From Candidatus Hadarchaeota archaeon (lineage in GTDB: Archaea; CAYQAE01; CAYVLA01), in contig CAYVLA010000008.1 of the NCBI GenBank assembly GCA_964452145.1, forward strand, positions 12,360 to 76,359: 64,000 nucleotides of DNA. The letters run 5' to 3'. A program made the position numbers and the translations under genes. This document shows positions 56,246 to 64,000 of this stretch, one piece after another; positions within the stretch are counted from its first letter, which is position 1, and the number at the start of each line of letters is the position of its first letter. Below the pieces are notes generated by a model. That model saw nothing but the letters and a program-made list of their open reading frames with translations. It made no database searches and was not told the origin of the DNA.

Positions 56246-57937
56246 CTAGAACCAGTCATAGAATTCCTGCATCGTGCTGAAGGACTTGTAGGTCTTGTCG
56301 TTGAAGACGGCATGGATGAGTTTGATCGATCTCCCTGCCTTTGCCTCGTATTCGGCAATCTTGGCTGGCTCTGAACCAGACCCATCCGATGTCCATCCGG
56401 GACTGGTGAGAAGTCCCCATAACCAAGCAGTGTTCCATGTTGGGTCGTAAATGAACATCTGGTCGCCTTCGACGTTGATGAAGACGACGGCATGACCAGT
56501 CCCGTCACTGAACTCCACCACAGCGACGTATGCATACCCCACATCCTGCTCGGCGAGGAAGAGACTGAGCAGCAGATTCGCCTTGTCCTCGCAATCTCCC
56601 CGCCTCTCGCCTATCGTCCTGTTCGGCGACTGCCAGTAGTCGAACCTATCGGTCCCCGAGTAGGGATTCCAGACTGCAGTGTCATAATTGTAGGCGATGT
56701 TGGTCGCGACCCAGGAATGTAGAGAGTTCATGTCCGCCCATGTAAGTTGTCCGTTTGCCGAGTATCCCAGAATTTGGGCGGACTTCGATGAGACAGTGGG
56801 GTCGTGTGGCGTAATCATCCTTTTCGCGTCTTCGCCCAGGCCGGTCCTGATCCTGTACCATCCCACATAATCCTCCCAAGACTTGTCTAGCGATTCGTAT
56901 TCCTCCTCCAGAGACTCGTAGTCTGCCTCCAGCTCTGAGTAGTCGGATAGGAGGCCGTTGTAGTCATTCAAGAGCGATAAGTGGAGGCCGTACAGGTTGC
57001 CGTAACTGGTGTTGAGCTCCGAGTAGTCGGCGAGCAGATCCCAGTAGGTAGAGTTCAGATCGGAGTATGTCTCAGCGTATTGACCGTAGGTTGCATTGAG
57101 TTGGTTGTACTGGTGCTGCAATAGAATGTAGGTGGAGTTCAGGGCCGAGTAATCCGCGCGTATCCGATTTAGATCCGAATTCAGGGCGGAGTTCTGGGTC
57201 TTTAGATAGGCATACTGGCTGGAAAGCGAGGCGTAGTCTGTGGATAGGGTTGAATGTGCCGCCTCCAGTTCTTCGTAATCGGTTGTCAGGTTGTCATAGA
57301 GGGACTTGACACCTAGGTAGGAGGATTCCCACTCATCGCGGCTCTCTTTCATGCTGTCGTAGAGGCCCTTCCATTCATCGCGGCTATCCTTCATCGAGGC
57401 GAGTTCTTGCAGCTTCTGGTTGTACAAAGACGCAAAGCTCGTGAGATTCCTCTGAGAAGAATCGTAGAGAGAGCGCCAATTGTCCCTCTCCCGAGTAGCG
57501 GCGGCCAAGTCAGCAGAGAGGCGATCCCTCTCGCCCTCGGCGGTTTGCGTGACTCGGACTTGATCGGTATAGAGGGCCTCGAAATGATCCCGTTCAACGA
57601 TGGTATCATTGTACTGGGATTCCAGCTGCTGGTTATGGGACTGGAGGGTGTTGAGAGCGCTGCTCTCCTGCCAGTACTTTGCTTCCCATTCCTCGATCGA
57701 CGCCTTGAGACTGGAGGAGTCGTTCCTGAGCTTCTCGGATTCGGCCTCCTCAGCCGCGAGGCTCGCCGCTAGGTCTTTTTTTTCTAGATCCGCTCGCTCA
57801 TAAAGCGACTTCCAGATTCCCTTCTCCCCCGGCAAGGTACCGAAGTAGCCCGCGGAGTAGGCCAAGTACAGGCTCAATACTAGGAGGATTGCCGCGACCA
57901 GAATGGTCGGGGCCAAAGTCTTCATCCCCGATGGCAT
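56246..57937 (-). CDS. Membrane-anchored long coiled-coil protein with transglutaminase-like Cys protease domain
   Basis: N-terminal TM, about 300-aa heptad region, GDCED...GHA...YDPT triad; ATG 57937 after GGAGGG. Confidence 0.8.
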   Translation of the reverse strand: MPSGMKTLAPTILVAAILLVLSLYLAYSAGYFGTLPGEKGIWKSLYERADLEKKDLAASLAAEEAESEKLRNDSSSLKASIEEWEAKYWQESSALNTLQSHNQQLESQYNDTIVERDHFEALYTDQVRVTQTAEGERDRLSADLAAATRERDNWRSLYDSSQRNLTSFASLYNQKLQELASMKDSRDEWKGLYDSMKESRDEWESSYLGVKSLYDNLTTDYEELEAAHSTLSTDYASLSSQYAYLKTQNSALNSDLNRIRADYSALNSTYILLQHQYNQLNATYGQYAETYSDLNSTYWDLLADYSELNTSYGNLYGLHLSLLNDYNGLLSDYSELEADYESLEEEYESLDKSWEDYVGWYRIRTGLGEDAKRMITPHDPTVSSKSAQILGYSANGQLTWADMNSLHSWVATNIAYNYDTAVWNPYSGTDRFDYWQSPNRTIGERRGDCEDKANLLLSLFLAEQDVGYAYVAVVEFSDGTGHAVVFINVEGDQMFIYDPTWNTAWLWGLLTSPGWTSDGSGSEPAKIAEYEAKAGRSIKLIHAVFNDKTYKSFSTMQEFYDWF

Positions 57938-58590
57938 TGAAATCCCTCCATGCAGAAACTGGAGAATCGCCCTCAAGTAGCCCATGGCAATGATAAGCAA
58001 GCGCTCGCCACTCCAGGGTCGATCCCCCGCCGCGCCGGGGGGGCTTTTGCCCTATAAAGGTTGTGCTCGCCCGGGAGAATACGGACCGTGCACGGCCAGT
58101 TCCTGAATTCTTTCCTCGTCCCTAGGCAGGTCAACTACGCGACATGTCGTATAATGCTTATTATCAGCTAGGGGAAATGGACGGAAATCTCTATCCGAAC
58201 TGACTCTGGGCGGGCCGCCATCCAGTACCCCTTGAGATCGTATAGGCTCTTCTATATGCAACACTTCTGGTCGTGTAAGATCTTACCCCTCAAACTGTGA
58301 GCCAGATCCCCCTATGGATCTGCCGCCAGGCATCGTTTCACTCATTCGGGCATTCGTCTTGTTCTATTCTTGCCTATCGGAGGATTCGCGAATGTTCGGG
58401 TGAAAACGAAGCGAACGTGCAGATAGTGACTGTTCGCGAACATACAGAATGCCCTTTTTCCCCTAGGATTCGCCTAGGTACGAATCGAATAACGCACGAA
58501 GAACGAATACGAGAACAGAGCAGCAATGCCGAATCGAAGTCTTTATCTTCCGAGAACCCAATCGGACACACAGCCCAAGGAGGGGGAGCC

Positions 58591-61056
58591 ACGACCAAGA
58601 ACAACACATACCTGCTTGCAGCCATTCTGATCGCCATCGTTGTGCTACTGGCCGGATGCACACAGAGCCAGGAGAAAGAACCCAACCAGGAAAAGGAACA
58701 AGAAGAGGAACAGGAGAAAGGCGAGATCACTCTGTCGACATCGAGCATCAACCTCGATGTCTTTTACCCGAGCACTTGGGCACATTTCACAATCGAGGGG
58801 GACGACACGGCCTCCTTCACGCTGGAGAACACCTACAGAGAAGCCAAAACCGTATCACTCCAGATACAGAACCCGCCTGAAGAGCTCACCCTCTCCCTTT
58901 CCGACACCACGGTCGTAGTACCAGGACAGGGAAGCAGCACGGTAAGCCTCACCCTGAGTGCCGACGGCTTCTCGCACGAAACCAAGACATCCACAGTGAT
59001 CGTCGCCCAGGGCAGCACCGAGGTTGGGAGAATTACGGTCAACTGCCGCAGCCACATACCGAGCCCCGAAGAGACTCTCATGGGCTACCTGTCGGGACAT
59101 TCACTCACGAGGGATAGCTCTGTCAGCTATCAGGGCTATGACGGGCACACCAGGGATCTCGCCGTGACGGGGGATTGGACCCTGCTCTTTCAGACGGCGG
59201 CAGTGGAGCAGACCGTGTTCGACTGTGGGACTATCCAGGCAGCGAAAGCCCTGGTCGAGGGGGCACTATCAACCGAGGTTGAGATCCAAATGAACATAAC
59301 CTCGGCAGTAACCAAGCTTGTGGGGTTCGGGCTGAATCAGTTAACACGATCCATCGTGCCGCTGTCCGACGAGCTCTTCAAGCAGGAGTTCTTCCCCAAG
59401 GAATCCTACAAGGTCAACGGAAGGGATGGCTACAGGTGGCGGTCCCAGATTCGCTTCCAGGTGGCTCTGTTCGGGCAGCCGATCTACGGGAAGAACTTCA
59501 CAGATGTTGAGACTGTGGTCTGGAATGATGGGTGCTACGTCTACGAAGTGAGTGGGGGACCTTTTGCCGATGTCGAAAACCTGGCTGGGTCGCTTCCTGC
59601 CCCGATTCCTCACGAGGGATCGCCAGAGTTGACAGACTCCTATTGGCAATTTGAGGGTCAGAGTATCAGCGAAGCCTACCTCAACCAACCGATAGAGGGA
59701 TTCGTGAAGATCAAGGCCGTGGGGGGATACCTCAGAAAGCCGGTCACGATGTCGGTCTGGAGAGTCGATATGTTGGAGGGGGACAAAGTCATCGAAACTG
59801 CCACGACGGATCTGGACCTTGATTCTGGGGAGGAGTATCTCCTTGGCACGGGGGTCGTCACCCCAGGAACCCGTGCAGAACTCTACCTCACAGCCGAATA
59901 TGGTGGAAGAGAGATTTGGAGGATGGACGACCATCTCGTGACCGAGGAAGCCGATTTGGAGGTGCCTAAGGACCAGATGTACTTCGAGCTGGGAGGCACG
60001 AAGGTCAGCCAGGTTGTGATCGGAGCCCAGGCAACCGCAAAGGCCACAATCAGCTGCACCAAGGGGTACGCAAGTGGGGACGTGGAAATCCAAGTCTGGA
60101 AGGATATCGGGAACGACCCGCTAGACCAACTCTATGAAGCAGGAAGCGCAACCTACGCAGTTCGCCAGGGACAAAGTCAAGAGATAAGCTACAAGTTCAC
60201 GGCCGCCGAAGCAACCGAGTCAGAAGCCTTGATCTTTCCCTACTTCAAGGGATACTACATCAAGGTTCTATTCCCAAGGGGGCTGCCCGTCGTAATGGAG
60301 GACAAGTACCCTCCGAGGATTACGGTGCTTCCGAGCGAACAACCGACCCCGAAAGGAACACTGGAAAGAACCGATGCCTACTTCCTGAGCCAGGGAGCAA
60401 GAACCACACAGGTAGAACTGGCTACAGATGTCTACGCACACGTCACCCTACAGGCAAAGGGAGGACGATGCCAAGGCACCCTGGAGCTCTCCGTCCGAAA
60501 GGACGGCTTCATCTTCAGCGAAGAGATACAGAAGAGAACCTTCAGCTATGATCTGCAGGATGGACAGAGCAGGGACTTCTCCCTGCAGTTCTCCCCGCCC
60601 ACCGAAGGCACCTACTTCATCTGTGTCAAATACGATTCAACAAGTCTCGACATCTCATCGCCCAAACTGAACGTCGTCCTGTCAGGGAGAACCGAGGTGA
60701 CAGACGCGTACTTCCAGTACCAAGGGAAGCGGGTCACCGAGGTTGCCCAGGGATCACAGGTAATGGTCTGCGTGAGTTTCGGCTCAACCAGCGGGGGACC
60801 GGTGTCCGCCAAGAATCTCGTGGTCTCAGTCTGGAAGGACATCTCGCTATCAGACGATGTGATGGTCGCATCCTCCGGTCCCTTCGAGTTGTCGGGCAGC
60901 ACCGGCTTGAACAAGTGCGTCAGCTTCACAGCCTCGGACAAGACGGGTTCAGGCGGATTACTCTCGACGTTTCGGGGGTACTACATCCAGGTCGAGTGGG
61001 ATGGCGGTAGCTACAAGATGGATGATGGATACCCGCCTAGGCTAAGGGTCACGTAG
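58591..61056 (+). CDS. Large surface lipoprotein with repeated Ig-like domains
   Basis: Lipobox LAGC; four D.Y[FW]...G..[VIT] repeats; two YPPR[IL].V ends; start codon appears to be ACG. Confidence 0.75.
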   Translation, partial: TTKNNTYLLAAILIAIVVLLAGCTQSQEKEPNQEKEQEEEQEKGEITLSTSSINLDVFYPSTWAHFTIEGDDTASFTLENTYREAKTVSLQIQNPPEELTLSLSDTTVVVPGQGSSTVSLTLSADGFSHETKTSTVIVAQGSTEVGRITVNCRSHIPSPEETLMGYLSGHSLTRDSSVSYQGYDGHTRDLAVTGDWTLLFQTAAVEQTVFDCGTIQAAKALVEGALSTEVEIQMNITSAVTKLVGFGLNQLTRSIVPLSDELFKQEFFPKESYKVNGRDGYRWRSQIRFQVALFGQPIYGKNFTDVETVVWNDGCYVYEVSGGPFADVENLAGSLPAPIPHEGSPELTDSYWQFEGQSISEAYLNQPIEGFVKIKAVGGYLRKPVTMSVWRVDMLEGDKVIETATTDLDLDSGEEYLLGTGVVTPGTRAELYLTAEYGGREIWRMDDHLVTEEADLEVPKDQMYFELGGTKVSQVVIGAQATAKATISCTKGYASGDVEIQVWKDIGNDPLDQLYEAGSATYAVRQGQSQEISYKFTAAEATESEALIFPYFKGYYIKVLFPRGLPVVMEDKYPPRITVLPSEQPTPKGTLERTDAYFLSQGARTTQVELATDVYAHVTLQAKGGRCQGTLELSVRKDGFIFSEEIQKRTFSYDLQDGQSRDFSLQFSPPTEGTYFICVKYDSTSLDISSPKLNVVLSGRTEVTDAYFQYQGKRVTEVAQGSQVMVCVSFGSTSGGPVSAKNLVVSVWKDISLSDDVMVASSGPFELSGSTGLNKCVSFTASDKTGSGGLLSTFRGYYIQVEWDGGSYKMDDGYPPRLRVT

Positions 61057-61237
61057 GAATCAAGACGGAATGCCTCCCTGTTCGACACGCAGGCATTTCA
61101 GTAAGGAATCCGCCCGGTCGTGCGGGGTAACTTTCGACCAAGACCGAGCATGGTATCCAGTCTGCGGACAGATCATCGATGTCTCGATTCAGGTATCCTC
61201 AAATAAGGGCAGAGAGGTCTTTGACTCCGCACAACAA

Positions 61238-61576
61238 CTACATCGCTCTGATGGCCTTCTGTGCTGTCTCTAATGACCATTCGCCTCTCGAAAGCGAACC
61301 AACTCGGTAGAGAATGTAAGGAGTCCCACCGAGGAACGAAGCTTGCTTGATGAGACGTCGGCATTCGTCATGTGTAACGCAAGCCCGATCCCTTCCACCT
61401 TTGACTTGCACAACCGCCCTGATTCGCCCGGTATTCGGGTGTTTCAATATGAAATCGGCAGGACCCAACGATCGATCAAAACCATTAGGACTGACTTCGA
61501 ACTCCGGGAAGCGCTTCTTCAGCCAAGACCGTGCCATCCTTTCCACTTCAGCGCCAAACATCCGGCTATCGACCAT
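61238..61576 (-). CDS. PD-(D/E)xK nuclease, Holliday junction resolvase (Hjc)-like
   Basis: G...ER....L, S.GPADFI, VVQVK; ATG 61576 after GGGGTG. Confidence 0.7.
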   Translation of the reverse strand: MVDSRMFGAEVERMARSWLKKRFPEFEVSPNGFDRSLGPADFILKHPNTGRIRAVVQVKGGRDRACVTHDECRRLIKQASFLGGTPYILYRVGSLSRGEWSLETAQKAIRAM

Positions 61577-62001
61577 TTCCACCCCTTCAACACTCAGATG
61601 GTGATCTGTATAATAAAGATTCCCCCACCCGTCTTTGGGGGATGCCTTTGGCTCCGCATCAGGGCCAACTACTTGCGAGGCTGGTTCACGAGGAGCAGGA
61701 CGAAGACGCGGGAATCCTGAAGAAGAGAACGCTTGCCAAGGAGTGAAATCTGAGCTATCGAAGCTTTGCCCGCTTCCGACCGGCCTTCCTGGCTGCTCTA
61801 CAACTGGACTTGAACCATGCCTGGAAGAAGCTGGATGCAGCCGAGCCAAGCACGACCGGGCCGGACACCCTCAAGTCTCCCTGGCGGAACCGCCTGCACC
61901 ACTCCTTATCGACCTCGCACTTGCGGCAGGACAGCTTCCGCAGTCTCTGCTTCTTCATCCTTGCCTGTAGCTTGAGGGGGCAGTCCCTCCTAGCCCACGC
62001 C

Positions 62002-64000
62002 CTAGTCAACAAACCCCCCCAACCCCTCAGATGTGTGCGTTTTTTCTCCACCCCCCTCGGGGGGATATATTCTCAGCTGCCGTCTGTCGCTCGGATCCGG
62101 CTCCTCAACCACAAGACCCACCTCAACCAACAAATCAACCACGCGCTTGCGCTGCTTCTCGCCCATCCGATGCTGAAACAGCTTGAAGTACAGTTGAGAG
62201 ACTTGCCTGCGCATGAGCCCCGCTTCACCGATAGCTGGCTCGATGCCCTCCTTCCATAACCTGTAGACCTCAGGAGGTATGCCCAACTCGTTTGACTCAG
62301 CCACGCTCTCATAGAGTCTGTATCCTTCTTCGATGTCCTCCCTGGTAGCCCAGATAGCCCTGCCATCCTCGGTCCTCTTGCGGTTACTGAAGTTGAGCAA
62401 CGCATGGGCCTTGATCAACGCGAACAAACGAGGCAGATCCCTCTGCAGCCTTGGAGCGAGATTCGGATGGCTCTGCATGAACCGGTTCACCAGATATTCC
62501 TCATCCGCATCAGTCAGAAGGATGTCCCTGACTCCGCTGGCACGTATCGCCCTAACCCTAGCCATGAGCAGCTGCCGGCTTCTGTCGGCTCTCACCGCTG
62601 CAGCGAATACGGGCCTATTGGAAAGCCGCCTTCCCTCCAGCATGATCGAGCCTCTCAGTTTCTTCTGCGTCGTCTCGGGACTGAGAAGGAACAGGCGAGT
62701 TCTCTCCTGGTCCTCAAGGCTGAAGGACGCGGAATTGAACACTAGGGTCGGATAGCCCAGCAAGTCAACCGTTTTCGTCCGATTTCCTCCTTCCTTGGTC
62801 TTGTCAGTAATCTTCAGCGTGATGTTCTTCCTGTCGTGGCTTAGGAGGGCGCGGAGTTGCCGGAGCAGTTCGTCATGTGGCTGGTCGGTGAAGATTAGGA
62901 GCTTTCGCTCAAGGTCCACAACGTATGTCTTGGGAATATCGTCCCACTCAGCCTTGAACTGGCGCGCCGCTGTCCGCCGCCGGTCACGCCAGTCAGCCAC
63001 GCCTTCACCGGAAAGGGGCTTTGGATTGTCCTGATTCCATGCATCCATCCTAGAGGAAACATAGCTATCTCGACTCTCAAGTGGCTCATCGTTGTCCTGT
63101 CTGCGAAGATCGCCCAGCTCGTGGAAGAAGGCCTTTGGGGAGGTATAGCCGAGCCTCATCACGTCTTCTTCGGGGAAATACTCGGCTGTTTGTAGAGCCA
63201 GGTAGGTTTTCCCGGTGCTTGAGGGGGCATTGAAGGCGAAGTTCTGCTGGTCGACGTCCGTATAGGTGAGGAGGTACCCGAGGAAGAGGATGCACTTGTT
63301 GGTAGTGTCCTCCACAATGGTAGTGGCAAGCACCTGGCCAAGATCCTCAAGACTCATCTCGACCAGGGCAGCCGGATCCACTTCTGCCTTGCCCAAGGAA
63401 TCGTCTCCCTCCGGGATATATCCCCCCTGAGGGGGTGGAGAGATTTTACACGCAGATGGGGTAGCAGGATTCCTCCGATCCTCCCGACTGGCAATCGAGG
63501 ACACGATCCCATCAACCTCCATGCCCGGCAGCGGCGGTTTGCAGTGGGTTCGATTCCAGCTGCGAGCCAAGGAACGTACCTCTTCGACGGAAAGACCGTG
63601 ACCGATGAGGCTCCCAATCCGCCTTGTGAGCTCGACATTGCGTTCTCCCTCCTCCACAATGACCTCCCATTCCTCTGGGTCGAGATGGCTCGCCTTCGTT
63701 GCTTGATCGCGGATGGCTTCCAGCAGCCAGTTGGGAGCGTTGGCAATCTCATGCTTCGACGGGTCCCTCAGCCACTTGTACCTCTTTCCCGATACGTGAA
63801 CAGAAGGTGGGGCAACAACGTAGCCTCCGTCACCGCGAAAGTCTATGCCTGGCAAGATTGTGTTGCCGATCTTCTTGGCGAAGTTGCGGCACTCGAAACC
63901 AGGATGCTTGATGAAGTAGTGGTAGCCTCTCCCCGTTTCCGAGATTGGCGTCTCGGGCAACTCACGGCTACTCAGGGTTCGCTGACCTTCTTCGCCGTCT
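62002..64000 (-). CDS. Bifunctional primase-polymerase, PriCT-like and P-loop NTPase replication protein (5' end outside window)
   Basis: TGRGYHYF, IDFRGDGGYVVAPPSVH, EGERN...WNRTHCKPPL, Walker A APSSTGKT; frame stays open to 64000. Confidence 0.85.
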   Translation of the reverse strand, partial: DGEEGQRTLSSRELPETPISETGRGYHYFIKHPGFECRNFAKKIGNTILPGIDFRGDGGYVVAPPSVHVSGKRYKWLRDPSKHEIANAPNWLLEAIRDQATKASHLDPEEWEVIVEEGERNVELTRRIGSLIGHGLSVEEVRSLARSWNRTHCKPPLPGMEVDGIVSSIASREDRRNPATPSACKISPPPQGGYIPEGDDSLGKAEVDPAALVEMSLEDLGQVLATTIVEDTTNKCILFLGYLLTYTDVDQQNFAFNAPSSTGKTYLALQTAEYFPEEDVMRLGYTSPKAFFHELGDLRRQDNDEPLESRDSYVSSRMDAWNQDNPKPLSGEGVADWRDRRRTAARQFKAEWDDIPKTYVVDLERKLLIFTDQPHDELLRQLRALLSHDRKNITLKITDKTKEGGNRTKTVDLLGYPTLVFNSASFSLEDQERTRLFLLSPETTQKKLRGSIMLEGRRLSNRPVFAAAVRADRSRQLLMARVRAIRASGVRDILLTDADEEYLVNRFMQSHPNLAPRLQRDLPRLFALIKAHALLNFSNRKRTEDGRAIWATREDIEEGYRLYESVAESNELGIPPEVYRLWKEGIEPAIGEAGLMRRQVSQLYFKLFQHRMGEKQRKRVVDLLVEVGLVVEEPDPSDRRQLRIYPPEGGGEKTHTSEGLGGFVD

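Larger units (their letters stand above)
53966..64000. mobile_element. Integrated plasmid/provirus-like element, right end outside window
   Basis: Tyrosine recombinase, primase-polymerase/NTPase and Hjc-like nuclease; looser gene packing; no att site or tRNA identified, so the left boundary is approximate. Confidence 0.7.

Noticed and set aside
58297..58590. 98-aa N-terminal extension of the lipoprotein
   Set aside because: It would bury the signal peptide, and a strong SD lies just before 58591.
61755..62051. 98-aa basic ORF downstream of the prim-pol gene
   Set aside because: No recognisable motif and it overlaps the prim-pol end; possible but unsupported.
1..64000. CRISPR array, cas genes, tRNA genes, 16S/23S rRNA, transposases
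   Set aside because: None recognised by eye; heavily intron-split tRNAs could have been missed without a covariance search.

Overview
GC-rich archaeal chromosome segment, judged from TATA-box promoters, FEN-1 and RNase HII with PIP-like tails, and an archaeal-type 5S rRNA. 1-9020 (-) is a group 4 [NiFe] energy-converting hydrogenase operon in Ehb order (ehbA to ehbO, cut by the window edge). The middle holds housekeeping and metabolic genes: larB, a four-subunit pyruvate:ferredoxin oxidoreductase, core-MetE-like, purF/purD, a beta-CASP nuclease, a heterodimeric ABC exporter, rnhB, fen1, a fused PEP carboxykinase and several glycan/sugar-type enzymes. An uncharacterised MacB/FtsX-type ABC operon lies at 45397-52271 (-). 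From about 53970 to the window end is an integrated mobile element (tyrosine recombinase, Hjc-like nuclease, primase-polymerase/NTPase, surface-protein cargo). The main finding is absent from the ORF track: a stand-alone 5S rRNA gene at about 14860-15006 (-) carrying a 26-nt insertion in loop C. The insertion forms a canonical bulge-helix-bulge (BHB), and its removal at the standard splicing-endonuclease sites exactly restores loop C, so it is a predicted 5S rRNA intron. A second canonical BHB closes the precursor ends, predicting a spliced and possibly circular 5S rRNA. A further unidentified structured RNA candidate of about 220 nt lies between ehbA and larB. All calls come from reading the sequence; no searches were run.
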